From the NCBI GenBank assembly GCA_002269645.1, contig NIVC01002267.1:94247-158246 (forward strand): a stretch of 64,000 nucleotides of DNA, read 5' to 3'. Positions 20,701 through 32,600 of the stretch are shown here, piece after piece. The notes beneath the pieces are model-generated. The model searched no databases. It worked only from the letters and a program-made list of their open reading frames with translations, and was not told the origin of the DNA. The translations under genes and the position numbers were made by a program. Within the stretch, counting starts at the first letter, position 1, and each line of letters starts with the position of its first letter. This stretch comes from Macrostomum lignano (Eukaryota).

Positions 20701-20785
20701 ATATTCCTATTTCTTAAAGTATGTTGTCTTTAGGCCGGTCACAAAAAATTGACCACCAGCATTCGTATTTTCTAATAATACAACA

Positions 20786-22930
20786 TGTCTCACTCTCTCC
20801 CACTGTCTCACTCTCTCCCACTGTCTCACTCTCTCCCACTGTCTCACTCTCTCCCACTGTCTCACTCTCTCCCACTGTCTCACTCTCTCCCACTGTCTCA
20901 CTCTCACACTGTCTCACTCTCTCACACTGTCTCACTCTCACACTGTCTCACTCTCTCCCACTGTCTCACTCTCTCACACTGTCTCACTCTCTCCCACTGT
21001 CTCACTCTCTCCCACTGTCTCACTCTCTCCCACTGTCTCACTCTCTCCCACTGTCTCACTCTCACACTGTCTCACTCTCTCACACTGTCTCACTCTCACA
21101 CTGTCTCACTCTCTCCCACTGTCTCACTCTCTCACACTGTCTCACTCTCTCCCACTGTCTCACTCTCTCACACTGTCTCACTCTCTCCCACTGTCTCACT
21201 CTCTCACACTGTCTCACTCTCTCACACTGTCTCACTCTCTCCCACTGTCTCACTCTCTCCCACTGTCTCACTCTCTCACACTGTCTCACTCTCTCCCACT
21301 GTCTCACTCTCTCACACTGTCTCACTCTCTCCCACTGTCTCACTCTCTCACACTGTCTCACTCTCTCCCACTGTCTCACTCTCTCCCACTGTCTAACTCT
21401 CTCCCACTGTCTCACTCTCTCCCACTGTCTCACTCTCTCACTGTCTCACTCTCTCCCACTGTCTCACTCTCTCCCACTGTCTCACTCTCTCCCACTGTCT
21501 CACTCTCTCCCACTGTCTCACTCTCTCCCACTGTCTCACTCTCTCCCACTGTCTCACTCTCTCCCACTGTCTCACTCTCTCCCACTGTCTCACTCTCTCA
21601 CACTGTCTCACTCTCTCCCACTGTCTCACTCTCTTCCACTGTCTCACTCTCACACTGTCTCACTCTCACACTGTCTCACTCTCTCCCACTGTCTCACTCT
21701 CACACTGTCTCACTCTCTCCCACTGTCTCACTCTCTCACACTGTCTCACTCTCTCCCACTGTCTCACTCTCTCCCACTGTCTCACTCTCTCCCACTGTCT
21801 CACTCTCTCACACTGTCTCACTCTCTCACTGTCTCACTCTCTCCTGCTGTCTCACTCTCTCCCACTGTCTCACTCTCTCACACTGTCTCACTCTCTCACA
21901 CTGTCTCACTCTCTCCCACTGTCTCACTCTCTCACACTGTCTCACTCTCTCCCACTGTCTCACTCTCTCCCACTGTCTCACTCTCTCCCACTGTCTCACT
22001 CTCTCACACTGTCTCACTCTCTCCCACTGTCTCACTCTCTCCTACTGTCTCACTCTCTCCCACTGTCTCACTCTCTCACTGTCTCACTCTCTCCCACTGT
22101 CTCACTCTCTCCCACTGTCTCACTCTCTCCCACTGTCTCACTCTCTCCCACTGTCTCACTCTCTCCCACTGTCTCACTCTCTCCCACTGTCTCACTCTCT
22201 CACACTGTCTCACTCTCTCCCACTGTCTCACTCTCTTCCACTGTCTCACTCTCACACTGTCTCACTCTCACACTGTCTCACTCTCTCCCACTGTCTCACT
22301 CTCACACTGTCTCACTCTCACACTGTCTCACTCTCTCCCACTGTCTCACTCTCTCACACTGTCTCACTCTCTCCCACTGTCTCACTCTCTCCCACTGTCT
22401 CACTCTCTCCCACTGTCTCACTCTCTCACACTGTCTCACTCTCTCACTGTCTCACTCTCTCCTGCTGTCTCACTCTCTCCCACTGTCTCACTCTCTCACA
22501 CTGTCTCACTCTCTCACACTGTCTCACTCTCTCCCACTGTCTCACTCTCTCACACTGTCTCACTCTCTCCCACTGTCTCACTCTCTCCCACTGTCTCACT
22601 CTCTCCCACTGTCTCACTCTCTCACACTGTCTCACTCTCTCCTACTGTCTCACTCTCTCCCACTGTCTCACTCTCTCCTGCTGTCTGTCACTCTCCCTCA
22701 CTGTCTGTCATTCTCTCCCACTGTCACTTCCACTGTTTGTCATTAGCTCCCACTGTCTGTCACTCTCTTCCACTGTCTGTTATTCTCTCCCACTGTCTGT
22801 CACTCTCTCCCACAAACACTTTCACTGTCTGTCACTCTCTCCCACTGTCACTTCCATTGTCTGTCACTCTTCCACTGACTGTTATTCTCTCCCACTGTCT
22901 GTCACTATTCCTCACTGTCTGTCACTCTCC
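20786..22930 (+). repeat. 18-bp minisatellite (CACTGTCTCACTCTCTCC), about 2.1 kb
   Basis: Direct periodicity; explains the spurious 757-aa ORF. Confidence 0.97.
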
Positions 22931-23215
22931 CTCTCTATTCCCTAGCGTTTCCCAATCTAAGTTTAGCTGTTTCTGTGTTAAAATGCAAAACTGAAGTTTC
23001 GAAGCCAGGAAAATGAAATTTGGCTTTTATTAGAAAGGAAAAATCCTCATAGCCGAGCAGCTGATTTTGTCAGTTGCATTTCACGCAGATTTGCTTGCTT
23101 GGAGTTTTAAGGCTTACAAAAAAATGAAGATGGTATTTATCTCATAGGAAGACAAAGAAGAGCAGCTGGCAGTCCAGCCTTGCAGAGAGAGTTCGGATTC
23201 AATTGAGCCCATCCA

Positions 23216-23710
23216 TCAGCTGTTGTTGCACAAATCGTCGAAGTCGCTCGGGACGCTGCCGTAACTTGACGCGCCCGACTCTGAACTGTTCGAGCTTGTT
23301 GGGCCTCCGGTCTGCAGCGCCGGCGATGGGCCGATGAAGTTGCCCAGACTCAGTCGGGTCTTTCTCAGCTTCCTTGCTTGCGAGAGTCTGGCCAACCGTT
23401 TAGACGAGAACGGCTTGCTGCTCACGCATGACGGACGGCTGTCTCTCTGCGAGTCGGCCTCGTCGTCGGCCTCATCTAGTTCGGCTGCGCAAGCCCCGCC
23501 GCCCACTGCGCCAATTATCGCTTCATGATCTTGATCTTCGTAGGTGAAGCTTGGCTGATTGTCGTCTAATTGTTTTTGTTCCTGCTGCTGCTGCTGTTGT
23601 TGTTGTTGCTGCTGCTGCTTGGATGGTGGCGTCTTTTGCTGCTGCTGCTGTTGCTGCTGCTGCTTGTTATCCTGCGGTGTCGGTTTCGAATCCTGCCGCT
23701 CCTTGTCCAT
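23216..23710 (-). CDS. Intronless 164-aa low-complexity (poly-Q, acidic, Ser-rich) protein of unknown function
   Basis: ATG-to-stop ORF with a GC-rich coding-like composition like the neighbouring genes; no recognisable domain. Confidence 0.55.
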   Translation of the reverse strand: MDKERQDSKPTPQDNKQQQQQQQQQKTPPSKQQQQQQQQQQQQEQKQLDDNQPSFTYEDQDHEAIIGAVGGGACAAELDEADDEADSQRDSRPSCVSSKPFSSKRLARLSQARKLRKTRLSLGNFIGPSPALQTGGPTSSNSSESGASSYGSVPSDFDDLCNNS

Positions 23711-23849
23711 GATTGCTGCGGCGGCTGTTTCACTTTAAATTTAATCCTAGCTCTTATAGTCTGGTTTTCTTTGGTTCATTGAACGTGTTTTGTTGTGCTT
23801 TTTTAGTCAGAAGCTTTGGACCATAGAGATTGCAGTCAGCCTGAGGCGT

Positions 23850-24124
23850 GTTGAAATCATGGATAAATATAACCGACTGCTCAGCCGCAGCTATTTGCGC
23901 GGCGCATCTGAAGGCTGCGTACGGCTGTTCAGTCCAAGAACTGGGGAGTCGCCACACACAACCTCAATTATCCCAGCCAATGCTGGCACCCATTTTACAG
24001 CTGGGTGAACTGAAGCAACGGACACAAATTGTTTCTCAAGGACACAAACTGTTCCGAGTGGGTCGAGAATCGAACCCCGACCTTTCAGTCCTGAATCCGA
24101 TGCTCTAACCTCTAGGCTACAACC
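23850..24124 (-). mobile_element. tRNA-derived SINE with a CORE-like central domain
   Basis: Minus strand: GGTTGTAGCCTAGAGGTTAG (A box), GGGGTTCGATTCTC (B box), then GTGTCCTTGAG...TGCTTCAGTTCACCCAGCTGTAAAATGGG, resembling the CORE-SINE motif. The 3' end is approximate. Confidence 0.75.
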
Positions 24125-24180
24125 GTAGACGGTCTCTTACTGCAGACTCAATGGTTGGAACGAGGTCAAGAGACCATTGA
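24121..24180 (+). ncRNA. Flatworm spliced-leader-like sequence (SL RNA variant or pseudogene?)
   Basis: AACCGTAGACGGTCTCTTACTGCAGACTCAATG|GT: a CCGT..ACGG hairpin start, a terminal ATG followed by GT, and a close match to the recalled Macrostomum SL. No clear Sm site was seen. Confidence 0.45.
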
Positions 24181-24369
24181 TTCAGTGCAAAGTCAGCCCC
24201 GGGTAGGGGACGAGACGCGTTTACTGCCCGACGAGACTGTCTATGGTAAATACTCACTGTCTGCTGTTTTACTGTTCTAAGTACAACCTTGCTTGGATAG
24301 AAGCCGCACAGATGCTAGAATAACTATAAAAATGTCACTTGCAATCAATGCGTTTATTTACTTTTTCTA

Positions 24370-25290
24370 CACCAAGAGACAAGGGCGCCCACTAAGAGAC
24401 AGGGGCGCCCACCCAAGAGACAGGAGCGCCCATCAAGAAACGGGAGCGCCCACCCAGAGACGGGGGCGCCCACCCAAGAGACAGGGGCGCCCACCACGAG
24501 ACAAGGGCGCCCACTAAGAGACAGGGGCGCCCACCCAAGAGACAGGGGCGCCCACCCAAGAGACAGGGGCGCCCATCAAGAAACGGGAGCGCCCACCCAG
24601 AGACGGGGGCGCCCACCCAAGAGACAGGGGCGCCCACCACGAGACAAGGGCGCCCACTAAGAGACAGGGGCGCCCACCCAAGAGACAGGGGCGCCCACCC
24701 AAGAGACAGGGGCGCCCATCAAGAAACGGGAGTGTCCATCAAGAAACGGGGCGCCCACCCAAGAGACAGGGGCGCCCACCAAGAGACAGGGGCGCCCACC
24801 AAGAGACAGGAGCGCCCACCCAAGAGACAGGAGCGCCCATCAAGAAACGGGAGCGCCCACCAAGAGACAGGGGCGCCCACCCAAGAGACAGGGGCGCCCA
24901 CCCAAGAGACAGGGGCGCCCACCAAGAGACAAGGGCGCCCACTAAGAGACAGGGGCGCCCACCCAAGAGACAGGGGCGCCCATCAAGAAACGGGAGTGTC
25001 CATCAAGAAACGGGGCGCCCACCCAAGAGACAGGGGCGCCCACCCAAGAGACAGGGGCGCCCACCCAAGAGACAGGGGCGCCCACCCAAGAGACAGGGGC
25101 GCCCATCAAGAAACGGGGCGCCCACCCAAGAGACAGGGGCGCCCACCAAGAGACAGGGGCGCCCACCAAGAGACAGGAGCGCCCACCCAAGAGACAGGAG
25201 CGCCCATCAAGAAACGGGAGCGCCCACCAAGAGACAGGGGCGCCCACCCAAGAGACAGGGGCGCCCACCAAGAGACAGGGGCGCCCACCA
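24370..25290 (+). repeat. About 21-23-bp minisatellite (GAGACAGGGGCGCCCACCCAA)
   Basis: Direct periodicity. Confidence 0.95.
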
Positions 25291-26693
25291 ATACAAGCTA
25301 GACAGAGACAGCTTCTTTCTTTTAGAGTCGTCCTCCTACATCTACGTTCTCTAGCACCTTTTGATTTGCATTTGGCAATTTTTTCAATACAATATATAAT
25401 TTAAATTCTAATCCAAAAAAATCGATGAATTAAGCAGAGTTCGATACAATCAGTGTACCCATCCGATGGCCTCTAAATATCGAGAGTATATATATTTTGC
25501 ATTACATATGTTTGCATCATAAATAGACTTCTTAAAAGTATAATTAATCGTTAGCTCATGAAAAGGCACTTATCTCTGTGCGATCACTTTTTGCAAAATA
25601 GAGAATTTGGTAATTATTCATCAAAAGGCGGTTTTCGTGGAATTAGCAACAGTTAAAATTGGAAAAAGTAAAAATTATTGGCCTTTAAAAAATAGATCAT
25701 ATTTGCTACTACGAGTGCACATCTGCAGTACCACAAATCTAACTTCATGGATAGATCTATTTATTAAAAACTTTCATGTGCTACTGTTCATTTATTCACA
25801 GTATTTTTTTCGCCCGCAGATACTAGAATAGCTATAAATGTGTCAATCGAAAAATGCGCTTATCTACTATTTTTACATTAGAGAAAGGCCAGCCCTTTAG
25901 CCAGGCCGATCGATAAACAGTTTGGTTTTCCTCTTGCCCGCTTGTGTCTAAATTTGAACTCTGTCCTTACTGCTCTCTCATTGGCTGAGCTAGATTGAGC
26001 CTGCCCTCTTGGCTGAGTTTCGTCCCTCTGACTTTTCCCTCTCTCCTTACTGCTCTCTCATTGGCTGAGCTAGATTAGCCCTGACCCCTAGGCTGAGTTT
26101 CGACCATCTTGCGTTCACTTGTTAAATGCTTGTTCATTCTGAACCCCATATGCTCCTGAGTCCGCAAACTACAAGGAAGGCAAAGAAATTTTAGCTGCCA
26201 CATTAAATTTAAGTAGCGCTGCGCAGACAAACTACTGAATAATCAGTAGACGCACTGCTTTTTCGCAACTTAATTGCGAATGACATATCTATAGCTACTC
26301 TTGAATCTTTGGTGACCATCAAAATTTGATGCCTAAGTATCAATACTGGACAAAAAAATATTGCCAATTTATTGCTCGAGAACTTATTCATATCGATAGT
26401 GCATTCCGTAGCGAAAATCAGCATCCAGAAAAATTTTCGAAAGCTCGAAACTTCGTATAAACTCAAAACTTAAAAAGCTCGCAATTTCACATTTTTTCGA
26501 AGTCTTGCTAGTAAGTTTCATTAGCTCATAATTCTAAAACAAATTGAAACGATGTGGAATTTTGATCTCGTGAAAGTAACCTACTATTTGGGTTATTTTG
26601 AGTTTAAAAATTCCTTCAGATTTAGTAGTCCATGCTGCAATTATTAAAAATAGTTTTGTCAGGCAAGCAATTGCAGTTTGCAATTTGCAGGCT

Positions 26694-29600
26694 TCACTGC
26701 ACACTGCAAGTGCTTGACGCGTTCTTTCCCAGCGCGGCCTTGCGCTTCTCAGCAACTTCGGGCGCCGCGCCGAAGCCGCTGTAGACGGCCGACATCGCCA
26801 GAGCAGCCTGGCGCAGCTTCATCCGGCCCTGGCCGCCGCCCGGAGCTGGCGCAGACAGGACCTTGTCCAGGTTGTCCACCTGGTTGTTTTGACAGAGTTT
26901 TTAACTAATTGATTGCATGTCCAGTTCCTGCTGACTCCTGAACACACGCAAGAGCGTCAATACTGTACTCAGGCACGCACTCAGGCACACGTTCAAAATT
27001 ATTTTGAACAACTAACTAAAAAATTAAAGTGTTTAAGAATTTTGACAAATAAAATTAAAGAACTATGGAAATATTACAATTACAGCATAATTACATTACT
27101 TGATTAACTGCAATTACCTCGATAGTTTCGTTGCCTTGTTTCTTAGCATCGTTTACCATTGCTTGGAGCTGCTTCTGCAAAGAAAAAATCATGTGATATT
27201 TTCTTCAATGAGTGGTCAAGGCGTCAAGAGCCCCAAAATTGGCCATAGATTTGTATTGATCAGGAGCCCCAAATCAAGCATTGATTTCGTATAAGGCAAT
27301 TAGAGCCCCAAATCTAACCGTTGATTTCGTATTAGTCAAACCAACTATAGATTTTGTAGTGCAGGTCGAGAGCCCCAACTTGACGATAGATTTCGTATTA
27401 GTTAAGAGCCCCAAATCGGCACGCGAAGGTGTATTCAGCACGCCAGTGAAGTATGAGACAGACCAGGCCTAAGGGCTACGGTCTGCGATGCTTCACGCCT
27501 GCCCCTATATTCAGCAGGTCAAGGCTGGAGAGGGAGGTCTGCACCCGCTATTTGCCACTGGCAGCCGCAGACCCCCCCCCCCCTCACGCTGTTTCACAAG
27601 TCGACCCAGGGTACTCGTCCCCGCGTGTGTTCAAGGCAGACCCTAGGGCTGCTGGACAGACTGGGCTCCGACGCTGGCGACCCATCCAGTGGCTTCGGCC
27701 GAATTTGGGTATGCGGGTCTGGCTTGCCAGCCTGCAGGCCGTGGTACTGCTTAACGTACCCCCTAATGCCTAAGGTGTTTGACCGTGCCGATGGGCTGGA
27801 AGGCCGGGGGGTTGTCCGGTCGCTAGCGGTCCTTTTCTTTTTCTTCTTTCCTCTTTCTTTTGTGACTCAGCTCACTCCTTCCCGCTTTCAGCTATGGCGT
27901 CATCCGCCTCTTTAACCCCCGCTGAAGCCGGGGCCCCGGCAACTCCGGCCGGTGACTCTGGCACCAGCGCCGCCCCACCGGGGGCAGATGGGCTTGCCGC
28001 CGGCTCGGCTGGTGACATGCCCGCACGCGCAACCGGGCCCTCCGCTGAAGCCCGACGCACCCGCAACCAACGCCGCAACGAGCGGCGACGGCGACTACGG
28101 GGTACTGCGGGCCGGCCACCGGCGGAGGGGGAACCTAGGGAGGGCGAGGCTGCTGTTGGGCCGAAAGGAACCACAGCAACCCCTGCCCCCCAGGATACAA
28201 CCCCCGCTGGTGAGCCACCCAGTATACCTGCTACAAGCGCGGCCGGGCCTTCGGGAACCGCCGCCACCAACTACGCCTCAAAGGTCAAGCTCCAACCGGC
28301 GGTCATCGTCTTCGGGGAAGAGCAGGACCTCACGGCCGACGAGCTCGACAGTGCCTGGCGCACCATCGATGCTGCGCTCATCGACCAGCTCCTGGCGGGC
28401 CGCCCTGTGAGCGTGGTCAAGTCTGCCAAGACCGACGGCTGCATCTTCATCTGGTGCAGCTCGGAGGAGAGCAGCCGCAATCTACGCGAGCTTCTGCCAA
28501 AGCTGAACTGGCCCAAGAAGCTCGGCAAGCTCGTCTTCGCCAGCGAGGGCGAACGACAGAAGACCCAGCGCTTTCGCGTCTGGATCCCGGCCGGCAGTGC
28601 CATTAAGTCCGGAGATCAGCTTAGGCAAATATTGCTAAAGCTGCACCCCGACCTTAAGGTCAACGGGCTCCTACACCACGCCACTTCCCGCAAGGAGAAG
28701 GGGGCTACGGTGATCCTAGGGCTCTCTGATGACTGGGCTAAGCGCTTGCCGCTTAAGTCCACAATTCATATTGGTCTGACTCAGCTGACCATCCTCCGTT
28801 GCGAGGAGCGGAAAGCTGATGAAGCCAAGAATGCCAAAGCTTCCGAAACCGGAACTGGGGCCCAGGCTCCTCCGGCAAAGAAGCCGAGGCAAACGGCCGA
28901 TCCTATGCCCGGTAAGGCAGTTCGCGCTGCTGAAACCGGAAATCGCAATCGCAGACCCGCCAGGAGCACCCGGAGGTCCGGCCTGATCCAGCGCGCGCTG
29001 GACCAGGCCAAGAACCTTCGTGCGCATCGTGAGCGGGCCCGCGCTTCTCGCGCTCCACCCCAACAGCCAGAAGGCCAGACTCTAAGCGGGGAGGCTCCGA
29101 CCGACTGGTTCGAGTCTGTGACTCACCAGGAGGCTGGCGCCACCCGCATCGACCTGACCGACGAGGCAGAGGGGACGGGCAGTGACAGCACCGAAGCACG
29201 CAGGAGAGGCGACGGTAACGTCCACGCTGGGCTCACGTCCGCGGAGGACTCCACAGCCACCCTAACTGCTGAGGACGCTGAAACTCCCATGGAGGTCTGC
29301 GGGTCACCCACCACTGAAAAGGAGGAGGATGACCTGCTCAACGATTCCCCAACTGCGTGATAATGATCAGCAACCAGGGAATCCATTGCCTGCAGATTAA
29401 TCTGCAGCACTGCGTCGCAGCCTCGGTCAACCTTATGCGTTACGCCGAGCTCGACAAGCCGGGGCTCATCCTCGTCCAGGAACCCTGGACTCTCAGAGGT
29501 AAGCCTCAAAACGCCCCTGCTGGCTACAATTGTTTTTATACTTACCCTCGCGAGGCCAACCAGCCTCCCAGAGCTTGCATCTTTGCGAGCAAAACGCTCA

Positions 29601-32600
29601 GTGCGTGGCTCAGATCGGACCTGTCCAACAGGGACATCTGCGTCATCCAATCCGAGGACCTTCTTCCTGGGAAGACCACCCTCATTGCCTCGGTTTACCT
29701 ACCAGGCGATGCTGCGGTCGTCCCCAGAGCCCTCGCTACGCTGGTAGAGCTCTGCTCTGCCAAAAACTACGAGCTCATGGTTGCCGGCGACATCAACGCC
29801 CACCACACTCACTGGGGCAGCACTGGCATTAATCAGAGAGGCGAAGACCTCCTAGCCTACGTTGCCTCTACGACCCTCGAGTTCTGCAACTCTGGGTCCA
29901 CCCCTACCTTTGACAACGGACGGTGGTCGGAGGTGATCGACGCTACGCTCGCAACGCCCAGACTCTACCAGAGTATTGGGGCGTGGCGGGTGCTTCCAGT
30001 GTCCTCACTATCGGATCACAAGTTCATCTCCTTCAACCTAATGGCCGCGCGTAGCGCAACTCGTGTTATGTGGAGACGGAACGCCAGAAATACGGATTGG
30101 GAAACCTTCGGGCTCGCCCTGAAGGAATTCCATCGGTCTCCTGGCCAACCATCCACGATCACGTCGTGCCGAGAGGCGGATGAGTGCGCGACTGTTTTGA
30201 CAGAGACGCTAACCGCCGCCTTTGAGGCGTCCTGCCCTTTAAAAGCCTATAAAGGGAAAAAATCGGCGCCGTGGTGGAATCCCGAGCTCGGCAACCTCCG
30301 TCGCAGGGCTAAGAGACTCCACCGCAGAGCAACTAAAACTAAGAGCCCTGCAGACCAAACCGCCTATCATGAAGCAATTCATGAGTTTAAAAGGCAGGTT
30401 AGGAATGCAAAGGCTCAAAAATGGCGACAATACTGTGAGGAGCTAGAGGGCTCACGCCCCACCTCCAGAGTTGTGAAAGCGCTCACGCTGGACAAAATGT
30501 CTAAGCTCTCCTCGGTCAAACGCACCGACGGTACGTCCACGGACAACCCAGGGGAAACGCTTGATGTAATGCTCACTGCGTTTTTCCCTAACGAGCCAGC
30601 TAACCAGACCACTCCGGATCACTCGGAGGGAGGTCACGCGCTGGCTGCATCTATCATCACGGAGGACCGCATTGTGAGAGCGGCAAATTCCTTCAAGCCT
30701 TTCAAAGCCCCAGGACCCGACGGCATTGTACCGGCCCTTCTAAGAGAGGCGGTTAAATGCCCAGGCTTCCTGCGCAAACTTTGCAGCCTTCTTCGGGCAT
30801 GCATCACGCTTGGTTATGTCCCGCAGGCATGGACCGAGGCAAAGGTGATCTTTATCCCTAAGCCAGGCCGCCCGGACTACCATTCTATCAAATCCTTCAG
30901 ACCGATCAGCTTGACCTCCTCCCTGGTCAAGCTGATGGAGAGACTGGTGCTTTGGCGCCTTCTCTCTGTTGAGCTGAAGAACAAACCTCTCAGCGAGAAC
31001 CAGCACGCTTTTCGGGCGGGTCGCTCCACTGAAAGCGCGCTGCACGTCCTGGTCGATAAACTCGAGAAGGCCGTGCTTGGTAGTGGCTTTGCTCTGGGGA
31101 TCTTCCTGGACATCATTGGCGCCTTCGATAACGTCCTCTTTGAGGCGTTCCGAAGAGCTCTTTGTGAGAGGCTAACGCACTCACATCTCACCAGATGGAT
31201 CATGTACATGATCAGCCATCGCACGGCCACCGCCAGTCTGCTGGGCTACCAGAGGACGGTCCCCGTCTGCAAAGGTAGCCCGCAAGGTGGGGTGCTGTCT
31301 CCAGTTCTCTGGAATATGGTCATCGATGAGCTCCTCCGGGATGTTCGGCCTGACCCCATTCTGAAAGTTGGATATGCGGACGATGTCACCGCGGTGGCAT
31401 CTGGTCCGTCCCCTGATACCCTCAGGGACCTTCTTCAGAACTTCATCTACGCTGCTGAGCAATGGGCGGACCGCTGTGGTTTAAGGCTCTCTGAGACTAA
31501 GACCGCAGCGATCATGTTCACCAGCAGGACCAAGTGGCAGATTCGGCCGCTCACGCTTTACGGAAGGGAAATCCCCTTCTGCAAGCAGACTAAATGTCTG
31601 GGTATTACCCTGGACCACAGGCTGAACTGGTCTCCCCACGTTCAAACAAAAGCCAAAAAGGCCTTCGCAGTCCTCGCGCAATTGCGCAGGGCCGTCGGCA
31701 CCACCTGGGGGCTCACCCCAAGCGCCTCTGGTGGATCTACACTGCAATGGTTAGGCCCGCTATCTCGTATGGCGGCCTGATCTGGGCTAGCGCCCTGCAG
31801 ATAAAGACCTGTCTAGAGGCTCTCAGGAGAGCGCAAGGGCGCGCTTGTCGCACGATCATGAGCGCCCCTCCGTCTGCTCCTTACGATGGCCTCAACGCCT
31901 TCCTCAACATTCCTCCGCTGGACATCTTTGTCCGCAGGGAAGCGGCTAAGACTGCCCGCCGTCTAGCTGACGCTGGCATTCGAATCCAGCCCCATAGGGC
32001 CATGGCTAAGCGCAAGCTTCTGCCCCACGCTGACCTCTGCCTCAAGGACTTGAGAGACAGCGGCGGGCTCCACGTCCTATCTGACGGCGAACCCCGCACT
32101 CTCAACCTCTTTCAGCGCTACAAGGTCACCATCCCCTCTAGGGATGCTGCCAATGACCACTGGAATTTCCAGGAGGTCCATTGCTACACGGACGGATCCA
32201 TCAAAGACGGTCGCGCCGGCTTTGGGGTCTGCATCATCATCAACGGCCGCGTAATTGCCACGCATGCCCAGCACACTGGTAGACTCTCCACAGTCTTCCA
32301 GAACGAAGTCCTTGCCATCAGCTCTTGCGCTGCAGAGCTAAACGCCAAGGTTACGAGAGGAAAGACTATTGTCATCCACTCCGACAGCCAAGCGGCCTTA
32401 CAGGCCCTTTGCCACACCACAACGAACTCCCGGACAGTCGCCGACTGCGCCCGGCAGCTCAACCTCCTGGCCAGAAGCAATACTGTCAGGCTGAAGTGGA
32501 TCCCAGGGCACGCAGGGTTTCCGGGGAACGAGCTGGCAGACACCCTCGCCAAGAGGGGCGGCTCTGGCTCTTTTTTCGGCCCTGCCCCCCTGGTCCCTAT

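Noticed and set aside
20721-22994. 757-aa ORF and other long ORFs at 2841-3512, 9430-10497, 15529-16363, 24392-25301, 42492-43685, 44885-45825, 46136-46803, 47790-48497, 51120-52268, 58396-59029 and 62222-62867
   Set aside because: They are translations of stop-free tandem repeats or microsatellites; periodic peptides with no domain content.
24049-24124. Possible tRNA gene
   Set aside because: A and B boxes are present, but the anticodon stem does not pair cleanly and the sequence runs into a CORE-like SINE body.
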